DNA of 60,237 nucleotides, the filler included, from Squatina squatina (Eukaryota): NCBI GenBank assembly GCA_031763465.1. It is 3 parts of 3 records of this genome, joined end to end, with 100 filler letters (N's around TTAATTAATTAA, not from the genome) between each part and the next. Parts side by side here need not be neighbours in the genome. Positions count along the whole stretch, not along the records: positions 23,025 to 39,178 come from JARFOE010000120.1; 2 more parts are not named here. The stretch is one strand, 5' to 3'. Every line of letters begins with the position of its first letter. Position 1 is the first letter of the stretch. The position numbers and the translations under genes were made by a program. The notes beneath the pieces were generated by a model. The model did not search any database and was not told the DNA's origin. It saw only the letters and a list, made by a program, of their open reading frames with translations. Positions 26,223-37,151 of this stretch are shown in pieces.

Positions 26223-28508
26223 TATAAAGGTAAGTTCGAATAGAGATAAATAAATGCTTTGTAGAATACAATGGTTTCTGGGCTACCAGGCTAGGAAAAT
26301 GTCAAGCCAAGGGATAATGCATTTTCTAAAATTACGTTGAGTTGATGCAATGCACTTGGGAGGCAGAGCCTTTCCTCCTGAGATGAAAATGGTTGAGTCA
26401 AGTTCCTCACTGATCGGAATGTGCATAGTCCATGGAGAGATTAGGCTGGGCATTTACTTGTCCCATGTCAGTGGTGACATAGACAGATCTGTGGAGAGTT
26501 GCTAGCTTTGCTCTTGATTTAAAAAAAAACACTACTGGAAATGCAAACACTCTTGTTTGTGACAGCAATAAATGCTTTTTTGTGAAAATGCATCAAGGGG
26601 AGCAATTATATTTTGTTTAAATTGTTTTTTTTTTCTCTTCTAGATGAAGCGGTGTTTGGTAAATAATGTCTTGCTCCCCCAGTGCATTGTACTGCCAGGC
26701 AGAGGTTTTTGNNNNNNNNNNNNNNNNNNNNNNNNNNNNNATTTTTTTTGCCAGTAAGTTATTGCAATCTGAGAAATGTCACCTTTGGCTCTGTAACCCT
26801 TTTTCAGATTTCATTTAAAATTCCTAATAAATTATTTGAAACTTTCCACGTGCGTCTCATTCCCTTGTTCTCCCTCTCCCATTCTTTTAGTCTCCGGTGT
26901 AGTCTCCTCAAAACAGTGGGCTGGCTGGAACTTTCTGGAAACTATTCTCCCATCACTCTGCTCCCCTCCCCGGAGCTGCGCTAACATCGAACGCCTGCCA
27001 GTGGACAACACTTGTAACATTCACAAACGTGCTTAATGTAAGGGCTCGCTGCTGCTGAGCAATATCTCACTGTTGTTAGACTTGATGCCAGAGCCTGACA
27101 GTGTTTACTTGTTTGTGATTCACAGTACACCAGTGGTGTTCCCTGACTTAATTTATTCCTAAACAGTTGTTAATTTGAGTGGTAGAAGACGCTGGTTCTA
27201 TTTCCCATTTTCTTTCCGCCCACCCCCTCCCTTGAGGCCTTGCCGAGTGAACAGTGCTCTTGCTGGACGCACAGTTNNNNNNNNNNNNNNNNNNNNNNNN
27301 NNNNNNNNNNNNNNNNNNNNNNNNNNNNNNNNNNNNNNNNNNNNNNNNNNNNNNNNNNNNNNNNNNNNNNNNNNNNATGTGTTCTTGTTCGTGTAACGAA
27401 GTGCAGTTATTTCAGTTTTGCCTAAGGTCAGCAGCTGTCAGTGTAGATGACAATTGCCTGTCTGTCTACCTAATGTTAAAAATGTTACATACTGTAACAC
27501 TTCATTCTCGTCATATTTTTTAACATCTCAATTTTCCTGTTTTGTGGTTTCTGTGACATTTCACTTTGAATACTGAGCTGTGATGGCATCTTGATTCAGA
27601 TCTGCTACGCTAGGTGGTGCAGTGAGTTTTAGCTATGGATTTAAATTTACTTGTGATTGGCTGAGTTGATCATGTGATAATATTCAGCCTTGCTGCTCCC
27701 AGTTTTCATTGTGGCCCTCTCCCATTCTCCCCACCATCTCCCTTCCCATGTTCCTGTTGCCATTGCAGGAACCTTTTGCCCTAGTGATGCCATCACTGCT
27801 GCCCATTGCCCATTCAGCCAATTTGGGGGCCTCTTATACCGGGTGTCAATCTGCCCACCACGGCATGCCTGCTCCCGATCCTTCAGGTCCCACCAAGGAT
27901 CTCCCCAGTCCCCCACCTGCAATCTGTCTTTGTGCCAGATCCCCAGGTACTGAGCGGGTGACTGCTACTGAATTTTTTAAAAATGCTAATAAGAGTCCCC
28001 ACTGGTTATAGCGGATGTGTTGGTATTACCGAGATTTGCCTGCAATGCAGTTATTTTTTTAAAAAGCAGGAACTCTTCACTTAGCAACTGCCTCTAAATG
28101 GTAGCAGCTGTATTCAGAATCTCATCACTTTAGTAATCGCACTTTAACATGGTGTGAACATCTGAATAAAAGTGCTTGAAGACCCGACTTTGCCTGAAAT
28201 CAACGGTGCAAATTGGTAAGTACAAGGTAAGTACTTGTTGAACTGCCCAAAATGGTCGCCAACACCCCTCTATATGATATAAGTGGCGCCTTTTAAACTT
28301 GACTTCTGTGGCAATGGTAAATGGTTAGCGTCATTTGCCCGATTATAGGCGGCTGCCTGTGTTAAACGTGGAGGATGTAAGCGGTGGAGACGTCTATTTG
28401 CCGCTTCCGTTGAACCTTTATGCATATTGCGACTATGTTGGTTGACTGTGTTGGTAGCGCTTGGTGTATTCATAAGGAAGTAAAGCCATTTTATAATATT
28501 AATTGCAG

Positions 28509-28657
28509 AGAGATTTTGGGCAATGAAGAATTGTGGCCTCTACTGCTGGCGTCCTGTGCAGTGCCAGCTCTGATCCAGCTCATCACCCTGCCGTGGTGCC
28601 CAGAGAGTCCCAGATACCTGCTGATTGACAGGGAGAACAAGAACTTGTGCATGAAGG
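28509..28657 (+). CDS. SLC2A11: SLC2A11 (GLUT11) internal exon, 149 nt, TM6 and PESPRYL loop
   Basis: ttgcag| acceptor and |gtaagt donor; encodes [40 protein letters not shown] (human GLUT11 ELLG...[32 protein letters not shown]); phase compatible with the exon at 30333. Confidence 0.9.
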
Positions 28658-28819
28658 GTAAGTGGTTCAGCGAGGAGAGAATAAATATTTTTGCCCATTG
28701 GCTGGGGGATCTTGGAGAAAGCTGGAATGGAAATTCCCCCAATGGTTACAGAGGCAGGCCTTGCACTATAATAAAACACGAAACTATTTCCTTTCCTCTG
28801 CTCCACGACTGAAGACCTG

Positions 28820-29090
28820 GAGTGTGGATTCGCAGGTGCCGACAGCCCTCACTATCCTGCTATTCTTCAAATATGGGCCTTACCAGTAGGTGTCAGCAGG
28901 CTGTTTGGTTATGAGGCAGATCACCGCCGAACTTGACAGCCACACATTCACATTTCCAGCAGATATCCTGGCTAATTATTTTTGCTTCTCTCCAGCTGAG
29001 TAGCACCGAGCCCAGTTATAGAGCCCCCTAAACTTCCCCGCTCCTCCGCCCCACGCCAACCCTGCTCCCCCTACTGAGATCAGCTGTTGA
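28820..29090 (-). mobile_element. Unclassified SINE-like repeat (family shared with 32130-32285 and 35970-36270)
   Basis: Shared motifs gtaggtgtcagcaggct, atcaccgccgaac, tttccagcag and ctgagatcagct against the reverse complement of the 35970-36270 copy. Confidence 0.45.
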
Positions 29091-29340
29091 TTTTAATCAT
29101 TCTTGGTTTGTAACCGTCCCTGGCATCCTACAGCCACTTGGTGGTGAGTCACCATGGTCACTTCATTGCCTCAGAATGCATCTATCGTAGATTTAATTCC
29201 AAATTCTTTCAGAGGAAACGTGCTCTCCTTTCCCATCCCTCTTGCCATAGTATAACCTCCAAATCTGTGTGAGCAACACCATGGGATATCGGCTAGTGTT
29301 AGCAAAATAAAGGGGAAAAAAATCAGCTGCTGGGGACTGT

Positions 29341-30096
29341 AAGGGGCCAAAATTGAGGTGCAACGTGTTTAGAACACGTACGGGGCAGTGCCAGCATTTC
29401 TCTCGCCGGCGCCTGCCCCACCCCTCCCGGAATTTAGTGCTCCAGGGTGCCTGCGGGAAGCAGCGCGCACCTGGGGTGGCAAGGCTCGGACGCCTGTGGC
29501 GTGGCTTCAGCGCCACGTCATTCGTGTTCGAAACGCCACATCAGCTTGTTGCACGCTGACATGAGCAGCACAGCCGGACCTCCCTTGGAGGGGAGGGCCN
29601 NNNNNNNNNNNNNNNNNNNNNNNNNNNNNNNNNNNNNNNNNNNNNNNNNNNNNNNNNNNNNNNNNNNNNNNNNNNNNNNNNNNNNNNNNNNNNNNNNNNA
29701 ACCACTTTTTAAGGTAAGTGAACCACTTTTTCACTTTCTAACAATGCCTACAACTCCATTTAGGTAAAAAAAAAATCGTGATAAAAAAACCCCGCTGATT
29801 TTACTGATAAAACTTCAAACATCGCTCCCCACCGGGTGCCAGTGCCCGCTGTCACCGCTAAACTTAGGTGCCAGAAACCCGGCCGAATTGTTGAGCGCTG
29901 CACCCAATGATGACGTCACGCCCGCCCTCTACCGCCGACTGCCGCGTTTCGAGCATTCCCAGCCCAATGCTCCTTTAGCGCCCGGGATCGGGGTGCCCGA
30001 ATTGCCCAGCGGACTTACCAGCAAAAATCGTTAGGCTGTTAACGCCCGATTTGCGCTATTTTAGCGCAGGCGTTAACGGCCGAATTGGCCGCCCTA
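29341..30096. mobile_element. GC/CpG-rich non-autonomous DNA transposon(s) in SLC2A11 intron
   Basis: Abrupt CpG-rich block beginning ggggccaaaattg and ending ccgaattggccgccc, resembling the GGG-N-AATT termini of other GC-rich blocks here; interrupted by a gap, so it may be two elements. Confidence 0.5.
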
Positions 30097-30332
30097 TGAA
30101 TTGAACATACAGTTATGTGAATTCTGTCCGATTCCTGATTTTTATCTCATCAACCTGCTTCTTTCCAAATCCTTTTGGGGTTGATCTGGAGCCTTCAAAG
30201 AGAGGCTATCTGACTGGAACGTTTAAAGAGGATACGATAAGACAGACAACTTCCAGAGTTGGTGGGGAAAGGATTAATAAGGTCTGATTGGCCTTCTGGT
30301 TACCAATATTATCACCCTTTCTGTTTCCTCAG

Positions 30333-30520
30333 CATTAAGGAGATTACGTGGGGAGGTTGACCTCAATGCAGAAATGGATGAAATGCTGAAGGAGCAAGCT
30401 GCACTCAAAGGTCAAAGGGCAAAGAGACTGTGGGACCTGTTCCGAGACCGCTCCGTCCAACGTCAGCTGATCATCACCTTCGTGTTGGGCAGTGCCATGC
30501 AGTTATGTGGGAATGACGTC
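30333..30520 (+). CDS. SLC2A11: SLC2A11 (GLUT11) internal exon, 188 nt, loop and TM7
   Basis: ttcctcag| and |gtaagt; ALRRLRGEVDLNAEMDEMLKEQ...RQLIITFVLGSAMQLCGNDV; the GSAMxLCGND motif is diagnostic of GLUT11. Confidence 0.93.
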
Positions 30521-31219
30521 GTAAGTAGGACTGAGATCCACTGGAAGCCTAGTTCCTAAAAAAATTAAGAATAAACCCCACTCGTGTAAACCTTGAGCAG
30601 AGTATGCGGTGACTCGGCCCTCAGTTTGGCGATCTTGAGCTGAAGGGCTGTGTTGTGCTTTTAGCCTTGTGGCTATCATCAGGCACCAGACCAGTTGAGC
30701 AGTGTGATCAGACTAACAGCCAGTTGCTACACACAGGGCATATTTTATAACACATTGCAAGTCACGTGACCCTGTCTGTATAGCAATCTATCTGTAAATG
30801 TCTTCTCTGTTCCAAACGTTCATGCCTTTACCCACCTCACTGCTCCCTGCTTGTTCGTGCCATCTCTTGCTGCTCTCACCCCCAGCTAAGTCATGCCCCC
30901 ACCCTCAAATAAAACCCTACCTCTGTGTACCTGAGCAGCATCTGTGAACTGGCTTTAAGTTCATTCAGTTTCAGTGTGAGCAATGCCACGGGATATCCAC
31001 CAATTGAATATATACAAACAACCACCATGTTGCAGGAAATAGCAGACCCTGTGTGTGCTTATAGAATAAAATAATGTCCCAGTGGATTGACGGACACGTT
31101 TGTAGATTCTAGTTAGACTGAATTTTATATGTATTACATATACTGCATGCCCAGTGTATTAATAGATTCTGTGTATAATTTGTTGGACTCAGTGTTAATT
31201 GCTTTTTTTTCTCCACCAG

Positions 31220-31330
31220 ACATATTCCTACGCTGTGTACGTGTTTCGTGCTGCAGGAATTCCCAATGAAAAGATCCAGTTTGCCACTATTGGAACTGGG
31301 TGCTGTGAGTTCACCACCGCATTAACAAGT
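31220..31330 (+). CDS. SLC2A11: SLC2A11 (GLUT11) internal exon, 111 nt, TM8
   Basis: ctccaccag| and |gtatgt; TYSYAVYVFRAAGIPNEKIQFATIGTGCCEFTTALTS (human VYAYASSVFRKAGVPEAKIQYAIIGTGSCELLTAVVS); phase 0 at both ends. Confidence 0.92.
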
Positions 31331-31749
31331 GTATGTACTGATTTAATTCTCCTTTGTTTCACAGTGGNNNNNNNNNNNNNNNNNNNNNNNNNNNNNNNNN
31401 NNNNNNNNNNNNNNNNNNNNNNNNNNNNNNNNNNNNNNNNNNNNNNNNNNNNNNNNNNNNNNNNNNNCCGTAAAATAGGCGGTGGATCCCGCGGTGTGTT
31501 GGAGGTGTATTCCCCATATTTAAGTCTTTAACCCCAACCCTCTCTCGCCCGTCATGGTGGTGGGGGGGGGGGGAGGAGAGTGTGGAGGGGAGGCATGGGA
31601 TTAATATCGAGGCTGAAATGTTTTAGAACTGAAAGGGAACATGCCATTCTAGATTTAGTAATAAGCCACAATTAATTAATAATCCAACAGTAACAGTGAA
31701 CATAATATGACAGAGTTTGACATTAAGTTTAAGAAGGAGAAAGATCACA

Positions 31750-32035
31750 CACTAACTATGGTTTTAAACTTCAAAGGAATGAGACGTAAGCTGAACACAT
31801 TAAACTGGGATGAGCTGTTAACAGGTAAACCTGTAGAAAAACAGTGAGAAATGTTCAAAGAAGTATTTAGTACAGTACAAGGCCAATACATACCCCTAAA
31901 GAGCAAAAGTTCCACTTGTACAGTGTAGCAGCAATGCATATGAGGTAAGACACAGTATAAAACTAAAGAAAATGGCTTCCACAAATGACAAGTGGTAATC
32001 TAGCAGACTGGGAGAAATATAGAAAGCAATAAAGA
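31750..32035 (+). mobile_element. CR1 LINE ORF2 fragment (post-endonuclease region)
   Basis: LNFKGMRRKLNTLNWDELLTGKPVEKQ*EMFKEVFSTVQGQYIPLK resembles CR1 ORF2; contains an in-frame stop. Confidence 0.75.
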
Positions 32036-33470
32036 TGTATTAAATTAGTACTTTGTATCCATTTTCACAGCAGATCACATGGCACTATTCAAAAAAGAAT
32101 AGGGGAGATCTCCCCAATATCCTGGTCAATGTCTCAACATTTAGTAGGTGCCGGCAATCTTCCGTACCTAGTCCAAGTGACCGTTCTTCACGTGGACGGC
32201 ATCACAGCCAAGCCAAATCCTGTCTTGGACAGCATCCATAGAGTCTTCAGCAATGATCAAAAGCTGATCTGTTTTCCTGTCCTTAGATCAAAGACAATGG
32301 CCCGAAAATTCCAGTCGGAGGCTTTCTGCGTGCAGAGGCCCCCGACCGGAGAGATCTCTAGGCAAGTACCTGGTGGGCCTGGGGCTGCGAAAACTTCCGT
32401 CCCTGGGCCTCCAACATAGGTGGAGCGGCCCAAGGATCTCTCCAGTGCATGCGGTTCATTCATACTTCTGACCTTTGAAATTTTGGAGATCAGTAGAAGA
32501 ATGAATGGGAGATACAAAAAACAGCACAAGCACTTCAAAATACATTTTAAAACCTTGTCAAACATTACAATTTAATAAAATGATATACAATTAAATAACN
32601 NNNNNNNNNNNNNNNNNNNNNNNNNNNNNNNNNNNNNNNNNNNNNNNNNNNNNNNNNNNNNNNNNNNNNNNNNNNNNNNNNNNNNNNNNNNNNNNNNNNG
32701 GCCATGGCCATTCTGTTCTACATGGATGATAGCAGTATAATTGGGCTCCGTTGTATTGATCCATGTGCACTTGAACTGTTGAAAAGGTTTGGTGCTTAAT
32801 ATTGGAACAACATCTTTTGCTGTGAAACCCATGTCTGCTAATGAGTCAAACTCTATAAGGGTCTTTTTAATAAGAAACTTTTCTTGCAAACGATGCTTTT
32901 CCCAAGGAGAGTGGAGGCTTGGTTTCTAAATGGTGTCATAATTTCAGTGTGAATTCTCCCTGTGCTGTGCAGAATATAGTTGTGATTAAATCTTACAAAC
33001 ATGTTGATAAAAAAAGTACCTCTATCAATTCCTTGGTCCTTAAATGTTGACCTTGTAAGTTTTTAGCTCCAATTTGCTTAGTCAGACAGATACTGACAGT
33101 AGCCGCTGTTGCTTTTTGAGCTGGCCCACACCCTCTGGGCAAACTCTGATAACAGAAGCTGAACTAGTGTGTTGGGAAAGGGCTTAAAATGGAATAACTC
33201 CAACAATTCAGTNNNNNNNNNNCATTCAAGATGCACAGTGCTGGGTCTACTAAACCAGTTATCCATTCTGTGCAGGCATGTGCTGTGATCTTCATCACGT
33301 TAAGATTTTGCTGCATGCACTTTTCAAGTGAGCATTATGTGATTGAAAGGACACCTCTGGCCTCATTTGAAATACAAACAGTGCCTCAGAGCAGCAGACA
33401 AACACAATGCACCACTAAGTGTTTCCCTGCACTAAGCTTACATCCTTGTTTCCATTTGTTTTCCTCACAG

Positions 33471-33658
33471 CACTTCAAAGACTATGGGGCAAGCGTGATT
33501 TTAGTCAGGAGCTTGACGAAATGCAGGCTGAACGGACTGCGATAAGGGGTGAAAGGGCAAGGAGTGTGTGGGAGCTGTGCAGGGACCCCTCTGTACGAAG
33601 CCAACTCGTTATCAACATGATGATGTCGCTTTTTATACAGCTCAGTGGCATCAATGCT
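33471..33658 (+). CDS. Class II GLUT paralog exon, 188 nt (homolog of the 30333-30520 exon)
   Basis: ttcctcacag| and |gtaagt; ALQRLWGKRDFSQELDEMQAERTAIRGERARSVWELCRDPSVRSQLVINMMMSLFIQLSGINA; same length and phase as the SLC2A11 exon. Confidence 0.9.
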
Positions 33659-34059
33659 GTAAGTATTAAAAGACGACTGGCAAAACGCAAAGGAGTAGGA
33701 CACAGACTGGTGCACACACAGCCCCCATATATTGAGTTTCCATCTTCAGAAATGTTGTCACGGGAAGCATCAAACTTTCCATAGTTGGGAGGGAAAGTTC
33801 AGCCATTCAATAAGCGTCTGACGGCTTTAGAGCACACCCTAGTGGCTGGTTCGGGACTTACATAAAGGAAGTGACTGAGTATTTAATAGGACCTAAAACA
33901 AAAGTAAAACACCTTGGGCGCCCACTTCGGGTNNNNNNNNNNNNNNNNNNNNNNNNNNNNNNNNNNNNNNNNNNNNNNNNNNNNNNNNNNNNNNNNNNNN
34001 NNNNNNNNNNNNNNNNNNNNNNNNNNNNNNNNGTGGTGCTGAATGAGTCTGAATTGTAA

Positions 34060-34445
34060 AAATTGAGCTTAGACTGTATCGAGTGGTGTAGGGCTGTGTC
34101 AAGTGTTGAAGGTTAGACTGTATTGAATGGAGTTTGATTGTTCTGAACGAAGTTAGACTGTACCCAGTGGGAGCTGTACTGTACTGAAGGAGGTTAGATG
34201 ATGTTGGTTGACATTGTCTGCGTACTTTCATTTATATAGCACCTTTAATGTAACATGCCAAGGTGCTGAGCTGACAGTTGGATTGTTCTGAAGGAGGTTA
34301 GACCCTATCCAGTGGGGGCTGCAATATACTGAAGGAGGTTAGACAATGTTGAGTGGAGTTGGATTGTTCTGAAGGAGGTTGGACTCTTGAGTGGGAGCTG
34401 TAATATACTGAGGTTAGACTACGTTAAGTGGAATGGAATTGTACT
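34060..34445. repeat. ~40-bp minisatellite with alternating subunits, interrupted by a retroposon tail
   Basis: gaaggaggttagac core recurs roughly every 40 bp; insert actttcatttatatagcacctttaatgtaac at ~34224-34265. Confidence 0.85.
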
Positions 34446-34530
34446 AATTGAAGTTGCATTATAGGGTGAGACTAATGTTAAAAACTCGGCAAAACTTTCA
34501 AAGAATTCTTCAAATAAGAGCAATACTTAC

Positions 34531-34679
34531 CAAGGAGGGTTTTCATGTCCTCTCTTTTATCGATGAAGAGGTACCTGGGACTCTCGGGGAACCATGGTAA
34601 CAGTAGAAGCTGGAGTATAGCAGGGATGCAGCTGGTGGAGAACAGGATATGCCAGTACTCCTCCCTCCCCAGCAACTCC
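34531..34679 (-). CDS. Class II GLUT paralog exon, 149 nt (homolog of the 28509-28657 exon)
   Basis: tttgtag| and |gtaagt on -; ELLGREEYWHILFSTSCIPAILQLLLLPWFPESPRYLFIDKREDMKTLL. Confidence 0.9.
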
Positions 34680-35249
34680 CTACAAATCAGCAAAGGCAGC
34701 AAGCAAAAAAAAGCAGTTATAGTACAGGAACATCATTCACTTATGTAAAATTAAGGGACTAACAGCCAAATTGCTTGATTCATTTCATATTTGAAGATGT
34801 TTAAGCAGGGTGCCACATTGAGGCTCAATAGCATCCTTTACAGTTGTGGGTTTTTACACTAGATATTTTATTCAGGTTCAGCATCACAGGCCACTCTCAT
34901 AAGCGGACCTCGATTCCCTGAGGAACTGGAGTGTGTCCTTACCTAGCTAATATCTGGGAGAGTTAAACATACAAGGCTTGACTCAGCTTACGAGAATGTG
35001 TCACCATGTGATTCTCCTTGCAGTCAGTAATTGAATAGACATCGTCAGACTGAGGCTCAGATTCTAAATTATTTGAACTGAACAGGTAAATGAACAATAT
35101 TCAGTACAAAATGGTATGTGTTACAAGAATCACAAACTATACAATTCTCCTAAATAAGTAAAATAAGTTGACAAGAGAAATCAGAGCAGTTTCCAATGTC
35201 TTAAATTTATGAAAAAGTTTTTGATAGAGTAGAGAAAGAGAGAGAGGGT

Positions 35250-35543
35250 GGTGCGAAATTCAGCTCTGTTTTCATCCTGTTAGCACCTCTGAGGGGCGCT
35301 AACAGGGCGAAAATCCACAAAATGGCGCCAGGAGGCGACCACCTCGCCTCCCGGAGAAGCCTCACCCAAAGAATTCTGCGGTGGGTCAGCGTGCGACATC
35401 ATAAAAACGTGCACCGACCCTAACCGCGCAGCCGCGACCCCCTTACCGGGCCGTTTGCATCCCACGGGTGGAATTCACCCCGTCGCTGCAACAGGCCTCT
35501 TAAAGGGGAAATCCTGAGCGCCATCGGCCGACTCTGTGGTCGG
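35250..35543. mobile_element. GC-rich non-autonomous DNA transposon-like end
   Basis: Starts ggtgcgaaattcagc; CpG-rich with aaaatggcg and cttaaagggga motifs like the other MITE-like blocks; truncated by a gap. Confidence 0.45.
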
Positions 35544-35644
35544 NNNNNNNNNNNNNNNNNNNNNNNNNNNNNNNNNNNNNNNNNNNNNNNNNNNNNNNNN
35601 NNNNNNNNNNNNNNNNNNNNNNNNNNNNNNNNNNNNNNNNNNNA

Positions 35645-35740
35645 AACAGCACCTGACAGTGCAGTGCACTGCAGCATCAGCCTAGATCTTGTGCTCAAGT
35701 CTCTGAAGTGGGACTTGAACCACCAACCTTCTAACTCAAG
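35645..35740 (-). mobile_element. Deu-domain SINE 5' fragment
   Basis: Reverse complement gagttagaaggttggtggttcaagtcccacttcagagacttgagcacaagatctaggctga matches 25015-25075. Confidence 0.8.
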
Positions 35741-35969
35741 TCAATGCAGTGTAAAGGTAAATCAGTTCTAGAACGACACCACTGATCTTTTATTGTTCTC
35801 ATTTTAATGTGTTCCATTTTCTTTTCCAGCTGGACTCTTCAGACTGAAAGGGCAGGTCAGATGTTCCCATCCTTCTGTCAACAATGCTGTTGAGCTCAGG
35901 ACACTAACCTGTTCAAAAATGGCCCTGCTGGTCCCCGAAGGATCCGTGAGTAGCTACACCACCCCAGTG

Positions 35970-36270
35970 TAATACTGAGCCGGACAAACCAAAACGGCCC
36001 CAGTTTCGATCCCTGATCTGCACTGAGATAGCTGATCTCAGCTTGGATAGTATAATCAGCAAAGACACAATAATTCCGTGTCCTTAGGCATGGAGAGAAC
36101 AAGTGTTCAGCCAGTGTTCCTGCTCCTGACTATCATTCAATAACTTCTGCTGGAAAACTTGCCTGGACATTATACAAGGACAGGGTCAGCTGTGATGCCC
36201 ACCTATGGTGCCCAGATAGCTTACCGACACTCATTGTTTAGACTCAGGAGGAGGAATGGCCACTTGATGG
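35970..36270 (+). mobile_element. Unclassified tRNA-derived SINE-like repeat
   Basis: B-box-like gtttcgatccc at ~36003-36013; body shared in reverse with 28820-29090 and 32130-32285. Confidence 0.5.
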
Positions 36271-36729
36271 GGTACTAGAGAGCAACCAGCAGCAGCAGCA
36301 GCACAACACCCCAGTAGAGTGAGGATAGACAAAGAATGTTGGCATTGCATGTTGCTGCAGCAACACACCATGTGATGGGATGCTATAGCTTCCCCACATG
36401 ATGAGTTTGCCAGAGAGAAAAGCAGAGCACGCTATCCTCAAACAGCACCAAGCTACAGAGTATCACAAATTCACTATTGATAATCCACTTACTCTTTCCA
36501 GATGGTCAGCATTTCAAAATCTGAATTTTAAGCCAGCTTTGTGTGCTAAACTCTGTGCTGGCCATCTCAACACTACCTGTAAAATTGGCAGGTAGCTGTT
36601 ACTGAATACTTGATCCATCTCGTGCCAGCTCCAACTATGTTGAGCGACAGTCCACGCAGGGGCAGCTCCAGAGGCCAGATTTAACATCTGTACATGTACA
36701 AGGTGAAATAAATGAAATCTGGGACTCAC

Positions 36730-36828
36730 CATGGTGGGAGCATTAATGATGGAAACATTGTATCCATACTGAAATGTTCCTCCGATCCCTGCGGAAAACA
36801 ACGCCAGGAGCAGGGCAACAGACGGAAG
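36730..36828 (-). CDS. Class II GLUT paralog exon, 99 nt, TM1
   Basis: ttttag| and |gtgagt on -; LPSVALLLALFSAGIGGTFQYGYNVSIINAPTM (human GLUT11 AAGIGGTFQFGYNLSIINAPT). Confidence 0.92.
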
Positions 36829-37078
36829 CTAAAAGACAAAAAAAAAATTTAAGCAGACAATTCTTCTCAACACATGCCAAGTGTCCAGAATTTTCTCAGG
36901 CAGAATGTTTTGTGTTCGTGCTTTCTATGTCTTCACAGAAACAGCCGAGGAGTTTCCAACACATAAATCTTTATTAACNNNNNNNNNNNNNNNNNNNNNN
37001 NNNNNNNNNNNNNNNNNNNNNNNNNNNNNNNNNNNNNNNNNNNNNNNNNNNNNNNNNNNNNNNNNNNNNNNNNNNNNN

Positions 37079-37151
37079 CATGATCATATTGAATGGCGGT
37101 GCAGGCTCGAAGGGCCGAATGGCCTACTCCTGCACCTATTTTCTATGTTTC
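37079..37151 (+). mobile_element. CR1-clade LINE 3' terminus
   Basis: Near-identical to 8327-8400. Confidence 0.8.

Noticed and set aside
29341-30096. CpG-island promoter
   Set aside because: Lies inside an SLC2A11 intron and has transposon-like termini shared with other GC-rich blocks.
34060-34445. CRISPR-like array
   Set aside because: Vertebrate context, the inter-core segments are homologous to each other rather than unique spacers, and there are no cas genes.
34938-34965. Possible GLUT exon end LSQILAR|gtaagg on -
   Set aside because: In-frame TAA immediately upstream and no TM5/GESAP similarity.
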